NCBI GenBank assembly: GCA_024275365.1
Contig: JAJRZG010000157.1
Location: 18-64,017, forward strand
Direction: 5' to 3'
DNA from: Planctomycetota bacterium
GTDB taxonomy: Bacteria > Planctomycetota > Phycisphaerae > Phycisphaerales > UBA1924
DNA: 64,000 nucleotides
Positions within the stretch are counted from its first letter, which is position 1. Every line of letters starts with the position of its first letter. Under the pieces are notes generated by a model. That model searched no databases. It saw only the letters and a list, made by a program, of their open reading frames with translations, and was not told the origin of the DNA. The position numbers and the translations under genes were made by a program. Shown piece by piece: positions 24,896-34,545 of the stretch.

Positions 24896-25843
24896 ATGAC
24901 CGATGATACGAATCCATCCCGGTTTGGTGAACTGCCCGAGGCGGTTGTTTCGCCGTTGGCGACGATTGAGGCGGAGCTTGCACGGTCGCTTGAGAAACTT
25001 GAGATACCGGCTTCACTGCGCGAGGCGATGGAGTATGCCACGCTTGACGGTGGGAAGCGGTTGCGGCCTTTGCTTGTGTGGCATGGGTGTGTTGCGGCTG
25101 GGGGTAAGGGGCCGGAGAGTTTGCCAGCGTGTATTGCGGTGGAACTTGTGCATTGCTTTAGCCTGGTGCATGACGACCTGCCGGCACTCGATGATGATGA
25201 CCTGAGACGGGGGCGGGCGACACTGCACAAAGAGGCTGGGGAGGCGATGGCGATTCTTGCGGGTGATGCGCTGCTGGCACACTCGTTTGGCGTGCTGGCA
25301 GGTGGGCTCGAGGCAGGGGTCTTTTTGCGGGTTGCGGGGGAACTGGCGGGGGCGTGTGCGCAGATGATTGCGGGGCAGGTGCTTGATACGCTGGGACTTG
25401 ACGGGAAGGGAGTGGATGGGGGTTCGCAGTCCGATGAGCAGAAGTTGGAGACGATTCATCGGGGGAAGACGGGGGCGATGCTGGTGGGGGCGCTGCGGAT
25501 GGGTGTGATGTGTGCGAAGACGGGCGGGCGAGACGCCCACCCCACTGAGGACGACACTGCTGTGCTCGAACGGTTGACCGCGTATGGGCGAGCGATCGGG
25601 CTGATGTTTCAGGTTGTCGATGACCTGCTGGATGTGACGCAGACCGCTGAGCACCTGGGCAAGCGGTCGTGCAAGGATGCCGAGGCGGGGAAACTGACCT
25701 ATCCGGGGGTGCTGGGGGTGGAGCGGTCGCGGGCGTTGGTCGGGGAGTTGCGTGCTAAGGCTTTGGCAGAGCTTTCGGCCCTCGGGCGGGGGGCTGAGCC
25801 GTTGCGGGTGTTGGCGGAGTATTTTTCGGTGAGGACTCGGTAA
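24896..25843 (+). CDS. ispA: farnesyl/geranylgeranyl diphosphate synthase
   Basis: LVHDDLPALDDDDLRRG and FQVVDDLLDV motifs; short-chain prenyl synthase length. Confidence 0.9.
   Translation: MTDDTNPSRFGELPEAVVSPLATIEAELARSLEKLEIPASLREAMEYATLDGGKRLRPLLVWHGCVAAGGKGPESLPACIAVELVHCFSLVHDDLPALDDDDLRRGRATLHKEAGEAMAILAGDALLAHSFGVLAGGLEAGVFLRVAGELAGACAQMIAGQVLDTLGLDGKGVDGGSQSDEQKLETIHRGKTGAMLVGALRMGVMCAKTGGRDAHPTEDDTAVLERLTAYGRAIGLMFQVVDDLLDVTQTAEHLGKRSCKDAEAGKLTYPGVLGVERSRALVGELRAKALAELSALGRGAEPLRVLAEYFSVRTR
25519..25550. repeat. repeat family D copy inside the ispA reading frame
   Basis: GACGGGCGGGCGAGACGCCCACCCCACTGAGG encodes ..KTGGRDAHPTED.. in a loop upstream of the second DDxxD motif. Confidence 0.65.
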
Positions 25844-25953
25844 GGGCCGAGGCGGGGGGGAGGCCGAAGCAGAGAGACTGGGCAAACCCCGCAGGCTACA
25901 ATCTTTTCAGAAGATGTTGAAAGTTTGCCGAAGAGGAATTGGTAAGGAGAGCC

Positions 25954-27966
25954 ATGCGTATTTTACCGACGATTTCGAGCCCGGCACAGCTCAGGGGGAT
26001 GGAGATTGCGGAGCTCGAGGTGCTGGCGGGGGAGATCCGCGAGGCGATCTGCGAGCAGGTCTCCAAGAGTGGTGGGCACCTGGCACCCAACCTTGGTGTT
26101 GTCGAGTTGACGATCGCGCTGCATTATGTGTTTGATTTTGGGCACGATCGGCTGCTCTTTGATGTTGGTCACCAGTGCTACCCGCACAAGTTGCTTACGG
26201 GGCGGTATCCGCTCCTCTCGGGTCTTCGGACGAGTGCCGGTATGTCTGGTTTTCCTGCCCCGAGCGAATCGGCGTATGACCTGTTCAGCGTGGGTCACGC
26301 GGGGACAGGGATTTCGAGTGCGGTTGGGATGGCCCGGGGCGACACGCTCGCAGGAGAGGCGTTTGTGCCTCAGAGTTGCCCGGATGGTCGGCGTGTAGTG
26401 AGCCTGATCGGGGATGCCTCGATCGTGAATGGTGTCGCGATGGAAGGGCTCAACAATGCAGGTACGCTTGATCGGCAGTTCCTTATTGTGCTCAATGACA
26501 ACGGTATGGGAATCTCGAAGCCTCAGGGTGCGGTGGCGCAGTACTTTGATCGGCTGCGGATGAGTGCGCTCTATACTGACCTCAAGCGGGGGGCCAAGGG
26601 CATCCTCAAGCATGTGCCGGGTGGGGCGCTCGTGCATGAAGCCTCGCACAAGATGGGCGAGGCGACCAAGGCGATGATCAATGAGGGGGCGTGGTTTGAG
26701 CACTTTGGGCTTGTGACGGTCGGGCCGATTGATGGGCACTCGCTGCCGACCTTGATTGAGTTTCTCAGTGAGGCGAGGGAGTTTGATCGGCCGATGGTGC
26801 TGCATGTGCAGACAACCAAGGGGAAGGGGTTTGCGTTCAGCGAGAACGACTGCTCGACCTTTCACTCGCCGCCAGCGTTTGCGCGGTATGAAGAGCAGGG
26901 CACGAGCAACTGCATGGTTGAGCTTGCGAGCAACGGGCGGACATTCACCGCTGCCTTTGCCGATGCGATGGCGGACCTGATGGAACGCGATGCACAGGTT
27001 GTCGCGGCGACTGCTGCGATGCCCGACGGAACGGGGATCTCGAAGGTGCTCGAACAGTTTCCTGATCGGGTGTGGGACACGGGTATTTGCGAGAGCCACG
27101 CGTTGGACATGCTCGCGGGGATGGCCAAGTGCGGGTTCAAGCCGTTTTTTGCGGTATATTCGACATTTTTGCAGCGGGCGTTTGACCAGGCCTTTCAGGA
27201 ATCGGCGTTGCAAGGGTTGCCTGTAAGGTTGTGTCTTGATCGGGCGGGGCTTGTCGGGGGGGACGGGGCGGTGCATCACGGGTTCTGCGATGTAGCGCTC
27301 TTGCGGACACTGCCCGGGGCGTGCCTGATGGCGGCAATGGATGAACCGAGCCTGCGCGTGGCGCTTGCGTTTATGGCTGACTTTGAGGAGGGGTTGAGTG
27401 CAGTTCGCTATCCTCGTGATGTTGTGAGTGCGCGGTTTGTGGGGGCGGGGACACCTCCATTTGAGCTTGGTAAGGCTCGATGTCTGACACCGGAGTTTGA
27501 TGTATGCCGCACGGATGGAGTGAGCCCGGATGTTGCGGTGCTTGCGTATGGGACGCTTGCGATCAGCGCGATCGCGACGGCAGAAGCAATCGGGGATGAC
27601 CTCCGGGTTGGCGTGTGGGATGCCCGGTTTGCCAAGCCGGTGGACCGGGTGTTGATCGGTGCGCTGCTTGAGGTGGGTGTCCCGATTTTGACGATCGAGG
27701 ACCACAGCGTGATCGGGGGCTTTGGTGCTGCGGTGCTTGAGGCTGCACAGGGACTGGGGCTTGATACCTCGGGCGTGGTTCGGCTTGGGATTCCGGATAT
27801 CTGGGTGCATCAGGACCCTCGGAGCACACAGCTTTCGGGGGTTGGGCTTGATCTCGCAGGGATCGAGCGATCGATCCGTGAGGCTGCCGCCATGCAGGCT
27901 CGCGGGGGGGCGGGTTCACTTGATCGGGCTGGTGTCGGACGGAAGGCCTCTGAGAGGGTACATTGA
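25954..27966 (+). CDS. dxs: 1-deoxy-D-xylulose-5-phosphate synthase
   Basis: GGHLAPNLGVVELTIALHYVFD, GDASIVNGVAMEGLNNAG (TPP motif), transketolase-like C-terminal domains. ATG 25954 is preceded by AAGGAG. Confidence 0.95.
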   Translation: MRILPTISSPAQLRGMEIAELEVLAGEIREAICEQVSKSGGHLAPNLGVVELTIALHYVFDFGHDRLLFDVGHQCYPHKLLTGRYPLLSGLRTSAGMSGFPAPSESAYDLFSVGHAGTGISSAVGMARGDTLAGEAFVPQSCPDGRRVVSLIGDASIVNGVAMEGLNNAGTLDRQFLIVLNDNGMGISKPQGAVAQYFDRLRMSALYTDLKRGAKGILKHVPGGALVHEASHKMGEATKAMINEGAWFEHFGLVTVGPIDGHSLPTLIEFLSEAREFDRPMVLHVQTTKGKGFAFSENDCSTFHSPPAFARYEEQGTSNCMVELASNGRTFTAAFADAMADLMERDAQVVAATAAMPDGTGISKVLEQFPDRVWDTGICESHALDMLAGMAKCGFKPFFAVYSTFLQRAFDQAFQESALQGLPVRLCLDRAGLVGGDGAVHHGFCDVALLRTLPGACLMAAMDEPSLRVALAFMADFEEGLSAVRYPRDVVSARFVGAGTPPFELGKARCLTPEFDVCRTDGVSPDVAVLAYGTLAISAIATAEAIGDDLRVGVWDARFAKPVDRVLIGALLEVGVPILTIEDHSVIGGFGAAVLEAAQGLGLDTSGVVRLGIPDIWVHQDPRSTQLSGVGLDLAGIERSIREAAAMQARGGAGSLDRAGVGRKASERVH

Positions 27967-27970
27967 TGCC

Positions 27971-28846
27971 ATGACTCGCCGCGTGCTTTTTGCCTACAAC
28001 CCCGAGAGTGATGAGGCCCGCAGTGCGGCTGTGCGGGTGCGGTCACTGGTTGAAGAACATGGGCATCTTGCGGGCGAGGTACACAGCCTCGAGACGGACG
28101 ATGCTCCGGAGCTCGATGGGACCGATCTGATTGTCGTGCTCGGTGGGGATGGGACTCTGTTGAGCCAGGCTCGACGGTTTGCCGATCGTGATGTGCCGTT
28201 GCTGGGGGTGAACCTTGGGCGGCTTGGCTTTATGGCTGAGTTTGATCTGGAGACCGTCGAGCAACTCGCGCCGGAGTTGTTTGGTGATGGCCCGATCGAG
28301 ACGCACTCGCTCGGGATGCTCCGGGCTGAGGTATTTACAGCAGGGAACGACTCGGCGCGGTTCTCGGGATTGGCGCTCAATGAAGCGGCGATCAATGCGG
28401 GATTTCCGTTCCGGATGATCGAGCTTGGGATGCGCATTGACAGCACGCCGGGGCCGATCATTGCGGGGGACGGGCTGCTTGTTTCTACGCCGACGGGGTC
28501 TACGGCTTACAATGTTTCTGCGGGAGGGCCGATTGTCGCGCCGGGGGTTGAGGCGTTGACGATCACACCGATCGCGGTTCATACGCTTTCGTTTCGACCG
28601 ATTGTTGTGCCGGGGGCTTCGGTGATTGAGATCGAGGCACGGCGGGTGAATACCGATGCGCCGGTCGGGGGAACGACACTTGTTCTGGACGGTCAGGTGC
28701 AGACGCCGTTGCGGCTTGGGGATCGGATTCGGATTTCTGGAAATGCACGGCGGGCGCGGTTCGTGCGGAACCCGGAGGTTGGGTTCTGGGAAACGGTGAT
28801 CCAGAAACTGCACTGGGCGGCACAGCCTCGGATGCGTGGTGGGTGA
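27971..28846 (+). CDS. nadK: NAD+ kinase
   Basis: DLIVVLGGDGTLL, TPTGSTAYNVSAGGPIV. ATG lies 5 nt after the dxs stop. The longer track ORF from 27722 overlaps dxs. Confidence 0.9.
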   Translation: MTRRVLFAYNPESDEARSAAVRVRSLVEEHGHLAGEVHSLETDDAPELDGTDLIVVLGGDGTLLSQARRFADRDVPLLGVNLGRLGFMAEFDLETVEQLAPELFGDGPIETHSLGMLRAEVFTAGNDSARFSGLALNEAAINAGFPFRMIELGMRIDSTPGPIIAGDGLLVSTPTGSTAYNVSAGGPIVAPGVEALTITPIAVHTLSFRPIVVPGASVIEIEARRVNTDAPVGGTTLVLDGQVQTPLRLGDRIRISGNARRARFVRNPEVGFWETVIQKLHWAAQPRMRGG

Positions 28847-28984
28847 TACGGATCCCGTAAAGAACTCGTGCATTTCTACAAGCCCTGGGCGCACTCATAC
28901 GCATCCTGCTTGAAACTCGTGCATCAACGGGGGGTGAAAGGGAGAGCCGTGCCTCCAGTCATCTTCGCGTTCGGTCATGCGTCG

Positions 28985-29075
28985 AACAGAGCCGCGAGCG
29001 CAAGCGACCGGTTTCGGTGGATTGGCATGTGCCAGCACACACCAACCCGTCGCTTGCGCTCGGGGCTCTGTTGAT
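28985..29075. repeat. inverted pair of family C-like elements (long hairpin)
   Basis: AACAGAGCCGCGAGCGCAAGCGACCGGT (28985-29012) is the reverse complement, with 2 mismatches, of ACCCGTCGCTTGCGCTCGGGGCTCTGTT (29045-29072). Confidence 0.75.
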
Positions 29076-29160
29076 CCGGCCTTCCCGCTGCGACGCACGA
29101 GTATTTTCCGGGATGCGTATCACAGGTTCTGGTATGCCTGCGATAGTCGTTCATCCATAA

Positions 29161-29190
29161 ACCCGAGCTTGCGCTCGGGGCTCGTAAAGA
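29161..29190 (+). repeat. repeat family C copy
   Basis: ACCCGAGCTTGCGCTCGGGGCTCGTAAAGA. Confidence 0.8.
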
Positions 29191-29263
29191 CGCACATGTT
29201 ATTCGTGCAATACATATTACAAGTTGAGTAGCCCCAGAGAAGGAGAAAGAGAAAGGCAGGGAG

Positions 29264-29287
29264 CCGCTCCGGAGGGGCGGAGTACCC
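29264..29287. repeat. repeat family B variant
   Basis: CCGCTCCGGAGGGGCGGAGTACCC. Confidence 0.6.
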
Positions 29288-29299
29288 TGGAAGGAATTG

Positions 29300-31168
29300 C
29301 TACGACATCATGAGGAGTTCGTCTGGGTTGACGATGGCGACGACGCTCTGTCCGGGTTGGGGCTCAATCGGTTTTTCATCGGTGATGACGGTGATTGTGT
29401 CGTCTTGAGCAATGATGAAAAGAAGAATGGTGTGGGGGCCGTAGAGCGTGCGGAAGTCTTCGTAGTTGAACTCTTCGGAGAGGGTGGTGACTTTGACGAC
29501 CCAGCCGCTGCCGAGGCATGAGGCGAGCGTGGCGTAGGTTGCATCGCTTGCGAAGAGCCTTCGACCGGGCATGTCGCATGGGGCGGCATTGTCTGCGCGA
29601 GCCTCGCTTGCAGAGGCAAGCCGATAGACATTGGCCCTGTCGAAAAGGCGGAGGAACCGCTGCGAGCCCAGCGTGTTGACTTCATCGTTTGGGGTGAGCG
29701 CAAGGACTCGGCCGATGCCTGCGAGTTCGAGCATTTCGACGGTTTCTTCGAGGAGGACATTGCCGTAGACCGCATCGAGCCCTGCGAGCCTCGCCGCCCG
29801 GATGTGTTCGTAGTTTGTGTCGGCAAGGAGAACCTTGAAGCCTCGTTTGTGGAGTGCTGCCGCGATATCTCTTGTCCATGCTGGCGCACCAATAAAGAGC
29901 ATGCCCTGGGGGTTGGTGGTCGAAAGGTTGAGCTTTCGGGCGATGGGCCCGACTGCGAGGCCATAGAAGGCGACGGTGCCGAGAATGACCACGAAGGTGT
30001 AGGGCACGAGTGTGGTGGCGTGTTCGATGCCTGCTTCTTCGAGACTGATTGCAAAGACCGAAGCCACCGCAGCAGCGACGATCCCCCGTGGGGCGACGCA
30101 GCAGAGGAAGACCCGTTCCTGGCGAGAGAGACCTGAGCCGATGGTGGCGACCCAGACGCTTGCGGGACGGACGATCGCGATAAGAAAGGCGACAAAGAGG
30201 AGGCTGTGCCAGTTGAGGTAGGCAAAGTCGGTTGTGCTGATTCTCGCGCCGAGGACGATAAAGAGTGCGGAGATAAGGAGGACGCGGAGGTTTTCTTTAA
30301 ACTCGATGATGTGCCGGACATCTGCGCCTCGCTGGTTGGCAAGGACGATGCCCATGACGGTGGTCGCAAGGAGGCCGGACTCGTGTTGCAACTCGCCGGA
30401 GATGACGAAGACGAGCACGACAAGAAGAACAGAGACGGGATTCTGGAGTGAGTCCGGGATGAGGTAGTGCCTGAGAAGCCACGCGAGGAGCATGGCAGCA
30501 GCGGTGCCCAGGCCGCCCCCGACGATGATGGTCATGAGGAGTGCCTGTGCTGTCGCGCCTGCGGCATCCTGAACACCCCCGACGAGAAGGGCCTCGTAGA
30601 TGAGGACTGCAAGGAGTGCGCCGATGGGGTCGATGACGATGCCCTCCCAGCGGAGGACGGGGCCGACCTTGCCCTGAGGCCTGATGTGCGAGAGGAGCGG
30701 GCCGATGACCGTCGGGCCGGTGACGACGAGGATGGCACCGAGGAGGGCAGCGAGCTTCCACTCCATGCCGAGGAGGAAGTGGGCAGCGAAGCCTGCGAGG
30801 ATCCATGTGACCAGTGCGCCAAGTGTGACCAGGCGGCGAATGACAGATCGAACTTCACGGATTTCTCGGAGGTTGAGCGTGAGGCCGCCCTCATAGAGGA
30901 TGAGGCCGACTGAGAGGGATACGAGGGGGAGAAGGAGGTCGCCGAGGAGGTTGTCCGGGTTGAGGATGGGTTGACCAGCTGGGAGGAGTGCGGCTGAGAG
31001 TGGGCCGATGGCCATGCCCGCGAGGAGAAGGAGGAGGATGGAGGGAATACGGAGACGCCACGCGAGCCACTGGGCCCCGACGCCCAGGACAACAATGATG
31101 GCAAGTGAAACAATCGGTTCGTGAAGCACGCAGTTCTCCCCGGCAGTCTGTGGTAGAGGCGAGAGCAT
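29300..31168 (-). CDS. monovalent cation:proton antiporter (CPA1/NhaP-type) fused to RCK/TrkA regulatory domains
   Basis: About 12-TM Na+/H+ exchanger domain, then a Rossmann-like RCK_N (MLFIGAPAWTRDIAAALHKRGFKVLLADTN) and a TrkA_C-like tail. Confidence 0.8.
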   Translation of the reverse strand: MLSPLPQTAGENCVLHEPIVSLAIIVVLGVGAQWLAWRLRIPSILLLLLAGMAIGPLSAALLPAGQPILNPDNLLGDLLLPLVSLSVGLILYEGGLTLNLREIREVRSVIRRLVTLGALVTWILAGFAAHFLLGMEWKLAALLGAILVVTGPTVIGPLLSHIRPQGKVGPVLRWEGIVIDPIGALLAVLIYEALLVGGVQDAAGATAQALLMTIIVGGGLGTAAAMLLAWLLRHYLIPDSLQNPVSVLLVVLVFVISGELQHESGLLATTVMGIVLANQRGADVRHIIEFKENLRVLLISALFIVLGARISTTDFAYLNWHSLLFVAFLIAIVRPASVWVATIGSGLSRQERVFLCCVAPRGIVAAAVASVFAISLEEAGIEHATTLVPYTFVVILGTVAFYGLAVGPIARKLNLSTTNPQGMLFIGAPAWTRDIAAALHKRGFKVLLADTNYEHIRAARLAGLDAVYGNVLLEETVEMLELAGIGRVLALTPNDEVNTLGSQRFLRLFDRANVYRLASASEARADNAAPCDMPGRRLFASDATYATLASCLGSGWVVKVTTLSEEFNYEDFRTLYGPHTILLFIIAQDDTITVITDEKPIEPQPGQSVVAIVNPDELLMMS

Positions 31169-31197
31169 AAACTGCCCACAGCATAAAGGAGCACGGG

Positions 31198-31680
31198 ATG
31201 CGAGTGTATCTCATTCGGCATGGAAAGGCCCAGAGGCAGAGTCTGACGGGACTTGACGCGGACCGGTGTCTGGCTGCGCGGGGGCGGGAGCAGGCCGCGT
31301 GGCTGGGGGCAGAACTTCGGGAGGGGGACTTCCCGCCTGAGCGAGTGCTGTGCAGCCCGGCGGCAAGGGCGTTGGAGACGGCGGAGCTTCTTGGTGAGGG
31401 GCTGGGAGTTGAGGTCGAGGTGGATGAGCGGCTGGGGCTTGGGACGACGGCTTCGACGGTGGTTGAGTTAATCGGGTCACTTGAGGGAGCCGGGTCGGTG
31501 GCTCTGGTTGGACACAACCCGACGCTGAGTGTTGTGGCGGATGTGTTGTGCGATGGGGTGGCGGGGGGCAGGGGGATCGGGCTGCGGACTGGAGAAGCTG
31601 CGGTGATCGAGGTGCTGGAGATGGGGGATGTTGTGGGGAAGGCGGAGTTGGTGGGGTTGCTGCGGGCAGAAACTCTGTAG
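31198..31680 (+). CDS. sixA: phosphohistidine phosphatase SixA
   Basis: MRVYLIRHGKA...ARGREQA..., LVGHNP. About 160 aa. AAGGAG RBS 9 nt upstream. Confidence 0.8.
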   Translation: MRVYLIRHGKAQRQSLTGLDADRCLAARGREQAAWLGAELREGDFPPERVLCSPAARALETAELLGEGLGVEVEVDERLGLGTTASTVVELIGSLEGAGSVALVGHNPTLSVVADVLCDGVAGGRGIGLRTGEAAVIEVLEMGDVVGKAELVGLLRAETL

Positions 31681-31724
31681 TCGAGTGCCATGGTGTCGCG
31701 TCCGCGTCACCATGCTGGTGGCTC

Positions 31725-31756
31725 GTCATGCTCACGCATGCGCGAGAGCATGGCAC
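31725..31756. repeat. repeat family E copy
   Basis: GTCATGCTCACGCATGCGCGAGAGCATGGCACCC. Confidence 0.7.
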
Positions 31757-31779
31757 CCATGGTCCACACCTCCGTGCAA

Positions 31780-31810
31780 GACAGGCGGGCGAGACGCCCG
31801 CCCCACTGGG
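31780..31810. repeat. repeat family D copy
   Basis: ACAGGCGGGCGAGACGCCCGCCCCACTGGGG. Confidence 0.7.
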
Positions 31811-31869
31811 GTTTGGCGGTGGCGCACAAAAAACGCCCCGGGGTGAGCCGGGGCATCTTTGGTGTGAAG

Positions 31870-31960
31870 CGGAGAGAGGGGGATTCGAACCCCCGAGGCA
31901 GGCGTTCACCCACCTAACGGTTTAGCAAACCGTCGCCTTCAGCCGCTCGGCCATCTCTCC
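31870..31960 (-). tRNA. tRNA-Ser (anticodon GCT)
   Basis: Reverse complement GGAGAGATGGCCGAGCGGCTGAAGGCGACGGTTTGCTAAACCGT..long variable arm..GGGGGTTCGAATCCCCCTCTCTCCG. 91 nt, class II tRNA. Confidence 0.9.
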
Positions 31961-32034
31961 GACAGGCCCCAGTTGGGCTGGGGGTGTGAAGGATACCCGC
32001 CAGAGTGGTGCAGAGCAAAGGCAGGAGGGAGCGA

Positions 32035-32319
32035 TCACCCGGCCTGGGCATCGTCGCCATAGCCGCCGTGAGCCTCGATGAGGCGGCGGAGGTACTGGTT
32101 TTCGCGGCGGGTTGCTTCGAGATCGAAGACGAGGTACTTGACACTGAGGCGGAGGTGGTCGAGAGATTCCTGGAGTTCTGAGAGGGTGTTGCGCACTTTC
32201 TCGTGTCTTGCGCTGGTCTGACGGGCAAAGTGTTCGATCCTGGCGCGATTTTCGGGGTCGAGCCCCTCCACATTGTCAAGAACCTCAGCAAGCTTGGCGT
32301 CAAAGTTACGGTCTTCCAT
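32035..32319 (-). CDS. small coiled-coil protein (hypothetical)
   Basis: 94 aa from MEDRNFDAKLAEVLDNVEGLD. Charged heptad-like sequence; no family recognised. Confidence 0.45.
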   Translation of the reverse strand: MEDRNFDAKLAEVLDNVEGLDPENRARIEHFARQTSARHEKVRNTLSELQESLDHLRLSVKYLVFDLEATRRENQYLRRLIEAHGGYGDDAQAG

Positions 32320-32524
32320 GTGTACCCTCTCCGTGTATGCAGGCGGTGTCGCCGATGTGTGTGGAGGGTGAGAGAACAACCACTGGGCCAGGCTTTGGGG
32401 TGGATTCTGGAAATAAGGAGGTCCGGAAAAAGTCTCTCTCAGAGCGAGGAAATGGCGTATGGACGGGGCAGTCTTGCCCGGATTGCCCAGTCAGATTCCC
32501 GGCTGTGCGGGGTGTTGCGTGGGG

Positions 32525-33139
32525 TCAACGGCCTGTGAGCATTCGGGTCAACATGATGCGAACTTCGGGCGTTGCTTTGGGGCCGAGCCCTGAGAGGGCT
32601 GTGGGCTCGTCGTGCTTGGCCTTGGTGACGAGTTTGGCGAGGTACTCGGTCAGGGCGCGGCGGAACCTGTCAAAGCCCTCTTCGAGGTCATGGCGGCTGA
32701 AGGTCGAGAGCGGGTCTTTAAGTCCGGTTTGCGCGGCGGCCCAGTCGAGGAGCGATCGGCCGTGAGACTCGAAGCGGTAGAGGGCGATCGCGGCTTCGAG
32801 GCGTGTGGCGAGGGGACGGAATGGGTCGGTGATGGCGTCGGGCAGGTCGGCGAGCTTGGCTGCGATGGCAGCACGGTCGAGGGTTTCTACGGGGTCCGGG
32901 TCTTTGTACTCGGTCGTTGCAGCTGTGAAGACTTCGACTGGGACCGTATCGGCGTGTGCGAGTTGGGCAATAAAGGTCGAGAGTGTCTTGGTGCCCGCCC
33001 GCTCGAAGCGGATGGTGAGGCGTTGGGCGTCTTTGCCATCCTGTCGGATGCTGGTTGCGGTGAGCACGCGGCCGAGCCCCCATTCGGGGCGTGCGGTGTG
33101 GAAGATTCGATCGCCGGATTTCCAGAGTGGGTTGGACAT
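32525..33139 (-). CDS. hypothetical protein with DUF3553-like N-terminal domain
   Basis: SGDRIFHTARPEWGLGRVLTATSIRQDGKDAQRLTIRFERAGTKTL resembles the G-x-V-x-H-x3-WG-x-G-x-V core of DUF3553. This assignment is from memory. Confidence 0.5.
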   Translation of the reverse strand: MSNPLWKSGDRIFHTARPEWGLGRVLTATSIRQDGKDAQRLTIRFERAGTKTLSTFIAQLAHADTVPVEVFTAATTEYKDPDPVETLDRAAIAAKLADLPDAITDPFRPLATRLEAAIALYRFESHGRSLLDWAAAQTGLKDPLSTFSRHDLEEGFDRFRRALTEYLAKLVTKAKHDEPTALSGLGPKATPEVRIMLTRMLTGR

Positions 33140-33337
33140 ATACAGATTTCTCCGGGTTACTTTGCGGAGCCCTTTTGGTGTGTTTGTAGGTTGCGACTTT
33201 GGAGTTGCCTTGCTGGCGATAGCCCGGGTGAGGATGGTCCTCCGGGCTTGCTCCTGCTGGCCTAGTATATGTGCTGAAGTCCGGCGACGGGTAGGAAATC
33301 CCGGGGGACTTCGTTCGCATCAAGTTAGGATACCAAT

Positions 33338-33598
33338 ATGCTCGAAGCGCTCAAGAGCGATGAACTCCATACCAAGACTGGGGGCAAGTTTAAGCTGTGT
33401 ACGCTCATTAAGAGGCGGTTGGGGCAGTTGATGGACGGTGCCCGGCCTCTGATCGAACGCGATGGTCGGTCAGACCTTGAGCTGGTCATGGAGGAGATCC
33501 TCCAGGACAAGATCACGCTGAGTTGGGTTGGTGATGATGTTGAAGCCGAGACCACGGCCAAGACGGAGATGGTCGGGTCTGACGAGCCGTTGCTATAG
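33338..33598 (+). CDS. rpoZ: DNA-directed RNA polymerase subunit omega (probable)
   Basis: GGKFKLCTLIKRRLGQLMDGARPLI parallels the NRFxLVxxAAKRARQLxxGAxPLV core of omega. Sits directly upstream of coaC, as in many bacteria. Confidence 0.6.
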   Translation: MLEALKSDELHTKTGGKFKLCTLIKRRLGQLMDGARPLIERDGRSDLELVMEEILQDKITLSWVGDDVEAETTAKTEMVGSDEPLL

Positions 33599-33656
33599 GG
33601 GCGGCTGTCTGGGTCTTTGGCGGAGGTAGTTTTTTGTTGTCCTTTGGAGCGTTCCC

Positions 33657-34214
33657 GTGCTTGAGGGCAAACGGGTGCTTGTTGGCGTGACTGGCGGCAT
33701 CGCTGCGTACAAGACGGCGATGCTTGTGAGTCGGCTTGCGCAATCCGGGGCTGAGGTCACGGTGGTGATGACACCCGCTGCGACGCGGTTTATCACGCCT
33801 CTGACATTTCAGGCTTTGGCTGGGCGGGCTGTGTATACGACGCCCTGGGAGCACATTGAATCGCAGGATCCGCAGCATGTTTCGCTTGCTGAGTCGATCG
33901 ATGTCGCGGCAGTTGCTCCGTGCTCGATGGATTGTCTTGCGAGGCTTGCGCTGGGGCGGGCGAGCGATGTGGTGTCTCTGATATTGAGCGCGGTCGATCG
34001 GTCAAAGACGCCGGTGCTTCTTGCACCGGCGATGAACGCGACGATGTGGGCTCAGCCATCGACACAGCGGAATGTCGCGGTGCTCCGTGAGGATGGGTAT
34101 GGGTTTGTTGGGCCTGGGGACGGCTGGCAGGCGTGCCGACGGGTGGGGCCTGGTCGGATGAGCGAGCCGGAGGAGATTTTTGAGGCTCTGGTCGGGCTGA
34201 TCTCGGGGGCGTAG
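33657..34214 (+). CDS. coaC: phosphopantothenoylcysteine decarboxylase-type flavoprotein (CoaC domain only)
   Basis: GKRVLVGVTGGIAAYKTAMLVSRLAQSGAEVTVVMTPAATRFITPLTFQAL, PAMNATMW. 185 aa with no CoaB domain. GTG start preceded by GGAG. Confidence 0.85.
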   Translation: MLEGKRVLVGVTGGIAAYKTAMLVSRLAQSGAEVTVVMTPAATRFITPLTFQALAGRAVYTTPWEHIESQDPQHVSLAESIDVAAVAPCSMDCLARLALGRASDVVSLILSAVDRSKTPVLLAPAMNATMWAQPSTQRNVAVLREDGYGFVGPGDGWQACRRVGPGRMSEPEEIFEALVGLISGA

Positions 34215-34298
34215 CGAGTTGGGTCGTGTTGGGTCGTGTTGGGGCATTGGCTTGGCTCGCCGGTGTGCGGTTTTGCGGTTACACTACAGCCCGATGTT

Positions 34299-34385
34299 GG
34301 AGAGGTGCCAGAGCGGCTGAATGGGCCGGTTTCGAAAACCGGTGTGGCGTTCGCGTCACCGCGGGTTCGAATCCCGCCCTCTCCG
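34299..34385 (+). tRNA. tRNA-Ser (anticodon CGA)
   Basis: GGAGAGGTGCCAGAGCGGCTGAATGGGCCGGTTTCGAAAACCGG..variable arm..GCGGGTTCGAATCCCGCCCTCTCCG. 87 nt. Confidence 0.9.
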
Positions 34386-34545
34386 TTTCTCTTGATGGGT
34401 GGTTGCGTGCTGCTTGCATCCTCCAGCTCCCCCACTGCACCGGCGGGCAGGCCGATCGTGGCAGACGCTGGAGGCCCCCGCGTGCGCATGTCGGTGGGGA
34501 TGCCATTGGCCCGCATCCCGATCATGGCTGCGACTTGGAGGATGG

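Noticed and set aside
25963-27810. 615-aa - strand ORF
   Set aside because: It is antisense to dxs, whose identity is unambiguous. Its composition is R/P/H-rich.
34299-34545. Integrase or att site marking a mobile genomic island at tRNA-Ser
   Set aside because: No integrase, recombinase or transposase gene was found, and no obvious direct repeat of the tRNA 3' end occurs anywhere in the window. The island idea rests only on gene content and the GC shift.
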